Below are positions 8,671 to 18,004 of a stretch of 64,000 bases of DNA, piece after piece. The stretch comes from Gammaproteobacteria bacterium (GTDB lineage Bacteria; Pseudomonadota; Gammaproteobacteria; CBDBNL01; JAAOII01), in assembly GCA_965209035.1 (NCBI GenBank), contig OZ242372.1:1120001-1184000 (forward strand), given 5' to 3'. Both the position numbers and the translations under genes were made by a program. The notes under the pieces were generated by a model that ran no database searches, was not told the DNA's origin, and worked only from the letters and a program-made list of their open reading frames with translations. The first letter of the stretch is position 1. Every line of letters begins with the position of its first letter.

Positions 8671-10932
8671 TTACCGGTCTTGTGCCGAAAGGCCGCCCGG
8701 CACGCAGCTCAGAGCCGGGTATTGTGTGCTGTTACCGAGATCCCAAACACGGACGAAGGGGGCGGGCAACTCGGTGGTGCTTTCCGCACCGGTGTTCGGG
8801 TTGCACCAAGCATTGCCCCAGTCGGCATAGATTCCCGTGAAGTCGGTCGGTGATTGCAAGTCTCTCGTGCTATGACCCTCGCCCAAATTACCGGCACTCA
8901 TAGACTGCATGGTGGTTTGATTGTCCCAGTAGGAAGCAGTGACATCGGCGCCACTATTGGTGATGCCGATCAATCCACCGACAACATCTTCATCCCCACC
9001 TGAAACAAGCCCGGGGGCGGCATAAGAATAATTAATTTGAGCTCTTACCCCCTGCCCAACCAGCCCGCCAACAACAATACTCTTGCCGCCCCCGGAAACA
9101 CTTCCGCCGAGCACATAGGCATAGCGAATAGACGCATTATCCCCATACCCAACCAGGCCGCCAACAGAATTGTTTCCGGAAACACTTCCGCCGAGCACAT
9201 AGGCATAGCGAATATTCGCATCCTTACCAAACCCAGCCAGGCCGCCAACAGAAAAACTCCCGGCAACATTCACGCCGGACACGGGCGCATAGCGAATATC
9301 CGCATTCCTACCATCCCCAACCAGCCCGCCAACAGAATTGTTTCCGGAAACACTTCCGCCGAGCACATAGGCATAGCGAATATCCGCATTCCCACCATAC
9401 CCAACCAGGCCGCCAACAACATTTCTCCCCCCGGCAACATTCACACCGGACACGGACGCATTGCGAATATCCGCATTATCCCCATATCCAACCAGGCCGC
9501 CAACAGAATTGTTTCCGGAAACACTTCCGCCGGACACGGACGCATAGCGAACATCCGCATCCTGACCAAACCCAACCAGGCCGCCGGCAAAAAAACTCAG
9601 CCCGGCAACATCCACACCGGACACGGACGCATTGCGAATATCCGCATTCCTACCATACCCAACCAGGCCGCCCACATCAGTGGCACCGCCACTGACACGC
9701 ACATTCCGGAGATGCAGATTTTGGATGCCACCGGTTAAGGCACCAAACAACCCCACTCCATTGGCAGTATTGTTCGCAGAGATGAACAGATCGGCAATAC
9801 GATAACCGCCGCCGTCAAAGATTCCGGTATAAGAAGAAGTACAAACATCCAAAGCGAAACAAGAACCGATCGGCTGCCAACCGCTGCCGGTCGTCCAAAC
9901 AACTTGATTGCCACTGCCCGCGGCATAGGAAGCATCATCGCTAAAATTGAACGAGCGAGTTAATTCATAACCCTCACAGCCGCCGTCATCGTCATCCGGG
10001 CAGCCCATAGAACCCACAGAGGTGATCTCGGGGATACGGCCATCATCCGCCCCATCGCCGTTCAGATCATCGCGCAGCCGCGCCAAGTCATCCAAAGTGC
10101 GAATCTCGATCAAGCCATTATTATTGTCATCCACATCCTCATCGTTATCCCGACAGCCGTCACCGTCATTGTCCGCGGACGCATTGGAAGTCCAGCCGGT
10201 AACACCGGTCGGACAAAGATCTGTAGTATCCTTCACACCATCATTGTCATCGTCATCATCACAGGCATCACCTCTGTCATCCGCATTGTCCGTGTTGGTT
10301 TGGTCCGCATTGGCATCCAACGGACAATTATCGATATTATTATCCTCACCGTCATCGTCAATATCTGTGCCTACACCGGCTCCCGCTCCCGTTGTGCCAG
10401 ACACAGGAGGCGAGGTCCCGATAATGCCGTTCTCATAACGCACCGCAATCGTGATGTTGTAGGCGATGTTATTGGTTAACCCCGTAATGTTGTAGATGAC
10501 CCGAGCAAGCGGCGCAACATCCGCCACGGTAGAATTAAGTTCTCTTGTGCCTCCATCGCTCGCATCGTCACGGCGTGTGGTAATAACGAACCCGGCGATA
10601 TTATCCGAATCCGGATTAGTCCAACCCACGAGAATATGATCCTCACCGATCAGAGTCTGGATATTGGAAACAGCCGGGAAATTCTGAGGATCGGGATCGG
10701 GATCGCCATCGCCGGCGGCACAACCTGTCAGGACCAAACCGAACATACCCGCCAGCAGCACACCGTAAAAACGAGCCGGTATGCGCATCCGTCGTGCCCT
10801 ATTGGGTTCGGGAAAAGCCTTAAAGACATTAAAGACATTAAGAAGACGCACAGATACCGTGCCTCTTTGTTCGCGGCGCATTGTTTTCGCCGACCGCACA
10901 GGAAAAAAGTGTAACTGTTTCATCGTTTTCAT
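8671..10932 (-). CDS. Surface lipoprotein A: FN3-like, thrombospondin type-3 repeats, 9 GLUG-like repeats
   Basis: Lipobox LTGC; DIDDDGEDNNIDNCP; GLIEIRTLDDL; repeated GGLVGxG; true start may lie downstream. Confidence 0.85.
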   Translation of the reverse strand: MKTMKQLHFFPVRSAKTMRREQRGTVSVRLLNVFNVFKAFPEPNRARRMRIPARFYGVLLAGMFGLVLTGCAAGDGDPDPDPQNFPAVSNIQTLIGEDHILVGWTNPDSDNIAGFVITTRRDDASDGGTRELNSTVADVAPLARVIYNITGLTNNIAYNITIAVRYENGIIGTSPPVSGTTGAGAGVGTDIDDDGEDNNIDNCPLDANADQTNTDNADDRGDACDDDDDNDGVKDTTDLCPTGVTGWTSNASADNDGDGCRDNDEDVDDNNNGLIEIRTLDDLARLRDDLNGDGADDGRIPEITSVGSMGCPDDDDGGCEGYELTRSFNFSDDASYAAGSGNQVVWTTGSGWQPIGSCFALDVCTSSYTGIFDGGGYRIADLFISANNTANGVGLFGALTGGIQNLHLRNVRVSGGATDVGGLVGYGRNADIRNASVSGVDVAGLSFFAGGLVGFGQDADVRYASVSGGSVSGNNSVGGLVGYGDNADIRNASVSGVNVAGGRNVVGGLVGYGGNADIRYAYVLGGSVSGNNSVGGLVGDGRNADIRYAPVSGVNVAGSFSVGGLAGFGKDANIRYAYVLGGSVSGNNSVGGLVGYGDNASIRYAYVLGGSVSGGGKSIVVGGLVGQGVRAQINYSYAAPGLVSGGDEDVVGGLIGITNSGADVTASYWDNQTTMQSMSAGNLGEGHSTRDLQSPTDFTGIYADWGNAWCNPNTGAESTTELPAPFVRVWDLGNSTQYPALSCVPGGLSAQDR

Positions 10933-11055
10933 TGTTTTTTATTATCGTTTTCTATTATGATTAATATTAATTTTTTTGAGACATTGTGAACTTGTGAACT
11001 CAACTATTATTATAGTAACTTTAATTTTCAAAATCATGTGTGTATGTATGATCCT

Positions 11056-11120
11056 GTATGATCCCACTCAGTTCCGGACTTTTGTTGTTTTTGCAAAAAG
11101 CGGATCGGCGAGGGTTGTTG
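11056..11120 (-). mobile_element. Solo IS481 right-end remnant between lipoprotein genes A and B
   Basis: TGTATGATCCCACTCAGTTCCGGACTTTTGTTGTTTTTGCAAAAA. Confidence 0.8.
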
Positions 11121-11340
11121 AGGGAAAAACGCGTATCAGCCGGCATAAAAGACCCGGGTGCCTGCCAATAGATTTCGAATAACAGATGAAAGGCAGAGGC
11201 TAAGAAGTTGGGAGTTGGAAGTTGAACGAGCCGTCGTCTTATTTGTCGTGCTCTGCCCTGCCTCGTCCTGTCCTGCCCCTCCCCGATCTGCCGGTCCGTT
11301 CCGGGGCTTTCCTCTTGCCGGCCTCTCTTGCCGGCCTCTC

Positions 11341-13440
11341 TTACCGGTCTTGCGCCGAGAGGCCGCCCGGCACGCAGCTCAGAGCCGGGTATTGTGTGCT
11401 GTTACCGAGATCCCAAACACGGACGAAGGGGGCGGGCAACTCGGTGGTGCTTTCCGCACCGGTGTTCGGGTTGCACCAAGCATTGCCCCAGTCGGCATAG
11501 ATTCCCGTGAAGTCGATCGGCGATTGCAAGGCTGCCGTGTTATGACCCTCGCCCAAATTACCGGCACTCATAGACTGCATGGTGGTTTGATTGTCCCAGT
11601 AGGAAGCAGTGACGGCGGTGCTACTATTGGTGCTAGCGATCAATCCACCGATATCACCACCGCCGGAAACAGGCCCGGGGGCAGCATAAGAAGAATTAAT
11701 TTGAGCTCCTTCCCCATACCCAGCCAGGCCGCCAACAAAATCCCCGGTGCCCCCGTTAACACTTCCGCCGAGCACATAGGCATAACGAATATCCGCACTC
11801 CTACCATTCCCAACCAGGCCGCTAACAACAAAATCCCCGGCAACATTCACACCGGACACAGACGCATAGCGAATAGACACATTAACCCCATACCCAACCA
11901 GGCCGCCAGCTTCACTATTCCCGTTAACACTTCCGCCGGACACGGACGCATTGCGAATATCCGCATTCTCACCATACCCAACCAGACCGCCAACAGCAAG
12001 ATGCATCCCGGCAACATTCACACCGGACACGGACGCATTGCGAATATCCGCATTCTCACCATACCCAACCAGGCCGCCAGCTTCATTATCCCCGTTAACA
12101 CTTCCGCCGGACACGGACGCATTGCGAATATCCGCATTCCTACCATTCCCAACCAGGCCGCCAACAGCAGCGGCACCGCCACTGACACTGACACGCGCAT
12201 TCCGGAGATGCAGGTTTTGGATATCGCCGGTTAAGGCACCAAACAACCCCACTCCATTGGCAGTATTGCTCGCAGAGATGAACAGATCGGCAATACGATA
12301 ACCGCCGCCGTCAAAGATGCCGGTATAAGAGGTGCAATTATTCGCTGATGAACAGGAGCCGATCGGCTGCCAACCGCTGCCGGTCGTCCAAACAACTTGG
12401 TTGCCACTGCCCTCGGCATAGGAAGCATCATCGCTAAAATTCAACGAGCGAGTCAGCTCATAACCCACACAGCCGCCGTCATCGTCATCCGGGCAACCCA
12501 TAGAACCCACAGAGGTGATCTCGGGGATACGGCCATCATCCGCCCCATCGCCGTTCAGATCATCGCGCAGCCGTGCCAAGTCATCCAAAGTGTGGATCTC
12601 GATCAAGCCATTATTATTGTCATCCACATCCTCTGTCAAGGTAGTATTCACACCGGTCGCGCAACCGGCAGATAATCTGTCCGGTTTGCCATCGCCATCC
12701 GTGTCGGCACTCGCACAGGCATCTGTCCGGAACGCATCTTCCGTATCCGCCACGCCATCATTGTCATCGTCATCATCACAGGCATTACCACCGTCATCCG
12801 CATTGTCCGTGTTGGCTTGGTCCGCATTGGCAACCAACGGACAATTATCGATATCATTATCCTCACCGTCATCGTCAATATCTGTGCCTACACCCGCATC
12901 CGCTCCTGTTGTGCCAGACACAGGAGGTGAGATCACGATAGTGCCGTTCTCATAACGCACCGCAATCGTGATGTGGTAGGCGATGTTATTGGTTAACCCC
13001 GTAATGTTGTAGATGACCCGAGCAAGCGGCGCAACACCCGCCATGGTAGAATTAAATTCTCTTGTGCCGCCATCGCTCGCATCGTCACGGCGTGTGGTAA
13101 TAACGAACCCGGTGATATTCATCCGGTTCGGATTGGTCCAACCCACGAGAATATAATCCTCACCGACCAGAGTCTGGATATTGGAAACAGCCTGGGAATT
13201 CTGAGGAGCGGGATCGCCGCCACCGCCGCCGCCACCACAACCTGTCAGGACCAAACCGAACATACCCGCCAGCAGCACACCGTAAAAACGAGCCGGTATG
13301 CACATCCGTCGTGCCCTATTGGGTTCGGGAAAAGCCTTAAAGACATTAAAGACATTAAGAAGACGCACAGATACCGTGCCTCTTTGTTCGCGGCGCATTG
13401 TTTTCGCCGACCGCACAGGAAAAAAGTGTAACTGATTCAT
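11341..13440 (-). CDS. Surface lipoprotein B, tandem paralog of A, 7 GLUG-like repeats
   Basis: Lipobox LTGC then poly-G; N- and C-termini and flanks nearly identical to A. Confidence 0.85.
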   Translation of the reverse strand: MNQLHFFPVRSAKTMRREQRGTVSVRLLNVFNVFKAFPEPNRARRMCIPARFYGVLLAGMFGLVLTGCGGGGGGGDPAPQNSQAVSNIQTLVGEDYILVGWTNPNRMNITGFVITTRRDDASDGGTREFNSTMAGVAPLARVIYNITGLTNNIAYHITIAVRYENGTIVISPPVSGTTGADAGVGTDIDDDGEDNDIDNCPLVANADQANTDNADDGGNACDDDDDNDGVADTEDAFRTDACASADTDGDGKPDRLSAGCATGVNTTLTEDVDDNNNGLIEIHTLDDLARLRDDLNGDGADDGRIPEITSVGSMGCPDDDDGGCVGYELTRSLNFSDDASYAEGSGNQVVWTTGSGWQPIGSCSSANNCTSYTGIFDGGGYRIADLFISASNTANGVGLFGALTGDIQNLHLRNARVSVSGGAAAVGGLVGNGRNADIRNASVSGGSVNGDNEAGGLVGYGENADIRNASVSGVNVAGMHLAVGGLVGYGENADIRNASVSGGSVNGNSEAGGLVGYGVNVSIRYASVSGVNVAGDFVVSGLVGNGRSADIRYAYVLGGSVNGGTGDFVGGLAGYGEGAQINSSYAAPGPVSGGGDIGGLIASTNSSTAVTASYWDNQTTMQSMSAGNLGEGHNTAALQSPIDFTGIYADWGNAWCNPNTGAESTTELPAPFVRVWDLGNSTQYPALSCVPGGLSAQDR

Positions 13441-13547
13441 TATTTTCTATTGTTTATTAATGTTTTCTATTATGATTAATATTAATTTTTTTGAGACATG
13501 GTATGTGAACTCAACTATTATTATAGTAACTTTAATTTTCAAAATCA

Positions 13548-14183
13548 TGCAGTATTCCTACCCATTTTCGGACTTTTGTTGTTTTTGCAAAAACCGGATT
13601 CGGTGAGAGTTGTTGGTGAGCATAGTGGGGACGTCCGAGATGATACCAAGCCAGCCATGCGATGAGTTTGGCGTTGAATGCCGGCATATCCTTTAAACAG
13701 GAGATGCCGCATATGACAACCGAACTCTTCCCCCAAGGTATTTATTAAAGAAGTGCGATTGAATCGCTCACAGCGTGCATTCATTTGCGGTTTCCCCAAA
13801 AAACAAAATAGCATAAGTATGCCAGTGTCTGCTGCCGTTTGCTGTCACGATCCGGTGAAAGTCTTTGGCGAACTCACTGCCATTATCGGTGAGGACTTTT
13901 TCGATCAGACCAGCGAGAAGCGGGAAAACAGGTCAATGCCGACGTGCCAATCAATGCGCCGGCCGCCGATGATGCGGATGAGCATCCCAAAGGCAACACA
14001 TTCACCGGTCCGGCTTGCATCAAAGCCGACTTGCTTGCCCGTTTGATTCATCCGGCTCCACATCTATTTGTGACCCGTCCGACAGAACCTCTAACCGCCG
14101 GGAGCCGCCGGGAACCGCCGGCTCTTTAATTTGAGGACGCACCATACCAAACTCAGAGTCCGGAACCTTTATGAGATCATGCA
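13548..14183 (-). mobile_element. Deleted IS481-family element with transposase fragments
   Basis: Both ends recognisable; KPQMNARCERFNRT fragment; left end TGCATGATCTCATAAAGG at 14183. Confidence 0.85.
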
Positions 14184-14222
14184 TGCATTGCATTTCCAAA
14201 TTCCTTTTCTTTATGAGGCTCC

Positions 14223-15059
14223 TTATTCTTTTAAGTTTGAATCTATTTTAGCTTTCCGCAAATTGCGGTCTTTCCGGCTGTCGAGACCCTTTACTATGCG
14301 GCTCAGCAGAAAGAGAAAACCGCCAAAAACCGCCGCTGCCGGCGAAGCCGGCAAGTTAAAGAACAACGACAGCAGCAGCCCGGCACTTAAAATCAAGGCC
14401 GCCACGGGAACACAGAGAGCCATCATCCGATAGGGGGAACGCGTCCAAGAACGGACAATCACCGCCGGCATGATCATCAGAGTATTAATAAGAAGCAGTC
14501 CGACAGTCTGCACCGCCGCACTGATAAACAACGCCAAAACAAGAAGAAACAATAATTCGATGCGTCTGCCCGCCACCCCTTCCGCCCGGGCAATCTCTTC
14601 CTGCGCGGCCAGGGACAGCAGCGGACGACGCAAAAACCAAAGACAAACAAGCGTGACCGCACAGACCGCCGCCTGAATGAGCGCGTCCCGCGGCCCGACC
14701 GAGAGCCATTCGCCCAGAAAATAGGAAAGAAGGTCTATGCGCAGGCCGGCAACACTCACACACAAAATGCCGGCACCCAGGAAAAAGTGCGCGGCCAGAT
14801 TGAGCAGCGCGTCCGTGGCGAGTTCTTTCTTGCTCGCCGCCAGCCACAAAAAGAAACACAAAACGGCGGAGCAGGCAAAGATGCCCAGAAACAGGTTGAC
14901 CTTGAAAACGAATCCCAGAGCCAGCCCCAGCAGTGAGGCATGGGCGAGCGAATCCGCAAAAAAGGCCATTCGGCGCCAGAAAACAAAGCAGCCCAGAATA
15001 CCCGCGGGTGCCGCCAACACCAAAGCAGTCACCCAGGACCAAACAAAAAAACCGATCAC
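14223..15059 (-). CDS. znuB: Zn/Mn ABC transporter permease (ZnuB-like); partners not adjacent
   Basis: GCFVFWRRMAFFADSLAHASLLG, DLLSYFLG, ARAEGV, VGLLLI. Confidence 0.85.
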   Translation of the reverse strand: MIGFFVWSWVTALVLAAPAGILGCFVFWRRMAFFADSLAHASLLGLALGFVFKVNLFLGIFACSAVLCFFLWLAASKKELATDALLNLAAHFFLGAGILCVSVAGLRIDLLSYFLGEWLSVGPRDALIQAAVCAVTLVCLWFLRRPLLSLAAQEEIARAEGVAGRRIELLFLLVLALFISAAVQTVGLLLINTLMIMPAVIVRSWTRSPYRMMALCVPVAALILSAGLLLSLFFNLPASPAAAVFGGFLFLLSRIVKGLDSRKDRNLRKAKIDSNLKE

Positions 15060-15628
15060 CCGACCGGGGGAACAGCCCCGTTAACTTTGGCGGCCTTAAT
15101 CAATCTAACAAATGTGATGGGCATCATCAACCGGAAACCCGCCCGCCGACAGCCAGTGCTTATCGCCGGACGATACCGTAAGATGCGCGACCCGGCAAAC
15201 AAAAAAGTACGGAGAACAGAAATAACGGATAGCATAAAAAATCATTTTACGCCATATCGCATCGGCACAGGTTGACCTGCGCGCTTTCTCTCTCCCCCCC
15301 CAATTTTGATCACGGCAGACGGTGGCACCGGCACCATCATCATTCGCCCACCCGCCCGGGCAAGATCACCGGTTCGCGTTAAGTTATTAAAAGCATTAGC
15401 CCCTAATCCATAAAGGGCAATAAAGGGTAATGTCAAAATGTCAAACATCCCTGTTAGATGTGCCAACCACTCGCGCCGATTCCGGTTCGGGGCGGAAGGG
15501 GACTCACAAAAACACCAGATCCCAAAATCGGGCGGGGCGAGATGGGACACGCACTCTTTTTACAATCAAGGCGTGCTATAATTAAGGTTAATTAGTAGAT
15601 AACTATTTTTACTTTTTGTGCGGAAACT

Positions 15629-16213
15629 ATGAACACTAAAAAGAACACTAAAAAACAAATAAAGGAATACCCGTTGGTTAATGAAGGTTATTACCTGTCC
15701 GACCATATTGCTAACTTTTTTCTCCACAAGGCTTCTCAAAACAACAAGAAACTTGATGTATTGAAATTAGTCAAATTGTGTTACTTGGGATATGGCTGGG
15801 TATTGTCTATCTTGAGTAAACGATTGATCGATGAGCATGTGGAGGCCTGGCGGTTTGGCCCTGTCATTCCTTCGGTATATTATTCTTTCAAGCATTTTGA
15901 AAGAAGCCCAATAACAAATTTTACCCCAACGATGAAACTTGACAGAGGGGCCGGAAAAATAAATATCAAGTATTTTTCTATCAAGCCGGGAACAGAAGAA
16001 AGCAAAATTTTAGCGATTGTTTGGAATTCTTATAAGGATCTTAGCGGTAAGGATATGATTAAAAAGATGCACACCCAAGACGGTCCTTGGATCAAGTATT
16101 ATGAACCCGGGATACGGGGAATCGTCATGGACGATCATGTGATCAAAGAACACTTTGACCGGATCATTTCCCAAAGATTAAAAGAGGCAGAAGTCTCCGA
16201 CCACCTTTCATAA
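15629..16213 (+). CDS. Panacea (DUF4065/SocA-like) antitoxin-domain protein, copy 1a
   Basis: IANFF, LKLVKLCYLGYGW, VEAWRFGPV, MHTQDGPW. Confidence 0.85.
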   Translation: MNTKKNTKKQIKEYPLVNEGYYLSDHIANFFLHKASQNNKKLDVLKLVKLCYLGYGWVLSILSKRLIDEHVEAWRFGPVIPSVYYSFKHFERSPITNFTPTMKLDRGAGKINIKYFSIKPGTEESKILAIVWNSYKDLSGKDMIKKMHTQDGPWIKYYEPGIRGIVMDDHVIKEHFDRIISQRLKEAEVSDHLS

Positions 16214-16276
16214 TCAAGGCGTGCTATAATTAAGGTTAATTAGTAGATAACTATTTTTACTTTTTGTGCGGAAACT

Positions 16277-16855
16277 ATGAATACTAAAAAGAACACTAAA
16301 AAACAAATAAAGGAATACCCGTTGGTTAATGAAGGTTATTACCTGTCCGACCATATTGCTAACTTTTTTCTCCACAAGGCTTCTCAAAACAACAAGAAAC
16401 TTGATGTATTGAAATTAGTCAAATTGTGTTACTTGGGATATGGCTGGGTATTGTCTATCTTGAGTAAGCGATTGATCGTCGAGCATGTGGAGGCCTGGCA
16501 GTTTGGCCCCGTCATTCCTTCGGTATATTATTCTTTCAAGTATTTTGAAAGAAGCCCAATAACAAGTTTTACCCCAACGATGCAATTTAACAGAGGGAGC
16601 GGAAGAACGAATATCAAGTATTTTTCTATCAAGCCGGGAACAGAAGAAAGCAAAATTTTAGCGATTGTTTGGAATTCTTATAAGGATCTTAGCGGTAAGG
16701 ATATGATTAAAAAGATGCACACCCAAGACGGTCCTTGGATCAAGTATTATGAACCCGGGATACGGGGAATCGTCATGGACGATCATGTGATCAAAGAACA
16801 CTTTGACCGGATCATTTCCCAAAGATTAAAAGAGGCAGACTCCAATGAAAAATAA
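16277..16855 (+). CDS. Panacea domain protein, copy 1b (648-bp tandem duplicate)
   Basis: Same motifs; upstream AATCAAGGCGTGCTATAAT is also duplicated. Confidence 0.85.
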   Translation: MNTKKNTKKQIKEYPLVNEGYYLSDHIANFFLHKASQNNKKLDVLKLVKLCYLGYGWVLSILSKRLIVEHVEAWQFGPVIPSVYYSFKYFERSPITSFTPTMQFNRGSGRTNIKYFSIKPGTEESKILAIVWNSYKDLSGKDMIKKMHTQDGPWIKYYEPGIRGIVMDDHVIKEHFDRIISQRLKEADSNEK

Positions 16856-17279
16856 CAAACAGAATGTTATAGAAAAATTATCACAGAAAGAACAAGGAGT
16901 CAAAGAACTACAAAAGGAAGATCTACGATTTAACCAGACACGATCAAAGAGTTCCGGGCAATTTGAAGATAAACATCTCGAAAGAAACGAAGTTGTTCAA
17001 AGAAGCACATATGTTTTACGCCTACCGGCTGCTTTTCTTTTTCATTTGACAGTGATCACCTTCCTATTGTTCTATCTTTCCTTTTTTGGCTATTTCACAA
17101 AATTCATTTTCTCCGGTAATGATATGCAAATGCGTGACAATATATTGGATTTTACTCCTCTGATTACCGCCACACTTCCTTATGTTCTTTTGGCGGCCGC
17201 TCTCATCACATTCAACTTTAGACTGGCGGGTTTAATCAATAAAATAAAAGACAGTCTGACTACAAATGGTAGTGCATAG
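16845..17279 (+). CDS. Two-TM membrane protein, putative PanT-type toxin partner
   Basis: Overlaps the Panacea stop; charged N-terminus then two hydrophobic helices; toxin role inferred from position. Confidence 0.6.
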   Translation: MKNNKQNVIEKLSQKEQGVKELQKEDLRFNQTRSKSSGQFEDKHLERNEVVQRSTYVLRLPAAFLFHLTVITFLLFYLSFFGYFTKFIFSGNDMQMRDNILDFTPLITATLPYVLLAAALITFNFRLAGLINKIKDSLTTNGSA

Positions 17280-17565
17280 ATTTTTTGCGAGCACCATAAA
17301 ACAGACCTCCCCCAAATTAAAAGTATTGTTTTATTAATATCCGGCAACCGGTGGCACCGGCACCAGCCGCCCGCCCGGGTAATATCACCGGTTCGGGTAC
17401 AAACATCAGAGTCCAAAACTGAGAGGATGATACGGTAAAACATCACCAAACGCATTTGGAGATAAATAAGATAACGGAGAACAGTCCATCACAACGTGCG
17501 AGCATAGCAACGGGGCACGTCGGACGCATAGAAAGAACCGAACCCGCCCGCAACAAAATAAAAGT

Positions 17566-17859
17566 TTGTTCGGCGAGGCTGACGATCTTGCGACACGCAA
17601 AAAAACGCTGTTGCATAAACTGCGCAGTGCCGGTCGTTACAAGTATCGCAGATACGGCGGCTTGCCGTTGCGATATGCCGGCGGTAAAAGTTTGGCGGTC
17701 GGGTATGTTGTTGAAAATCTCCCGCATGACACAGACACTCTCGTATCGCCCTTTTTCGGCGGCGGCTCGGTGGAAATTACCTGTACCAAAGGACTTGGTT
17801 TGCGAGTGCGCGGCTACGCGTCGGCTCCCGACTCAGCGGCGCCAGACTACGCTTTATAA
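17566..17859 (+). pseudogene. Truncated Dam-like (D12 class) DNA adenine methyltransferase
   Basis: PLRYAGGKS and VSPFFGGGSVE motifs; no DPPY region. Confidence 0.8.
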
Positions 17860-18004
17860 TTTTGTAGTTTTGTAGTTTTGTAGTTTTTAGATTACCGGGT
17901 TTTCTTTAAGGTCGCCGATGTTAAAAACACCGAAGCGACCGGAACACCCTAATATCTTTAATATCTTTTACAAGAATCTCCGCTGTTTTTTATCTTTATT
18001 GCCT

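Noticed and set aside
8671-13440. Diversity-generating retroelement acting on the lipoproteins
   Set aside because: No reverse transcriptase in the window; differences include indels and repeat-number changes rather than an evident adenine-only TR/VR pair
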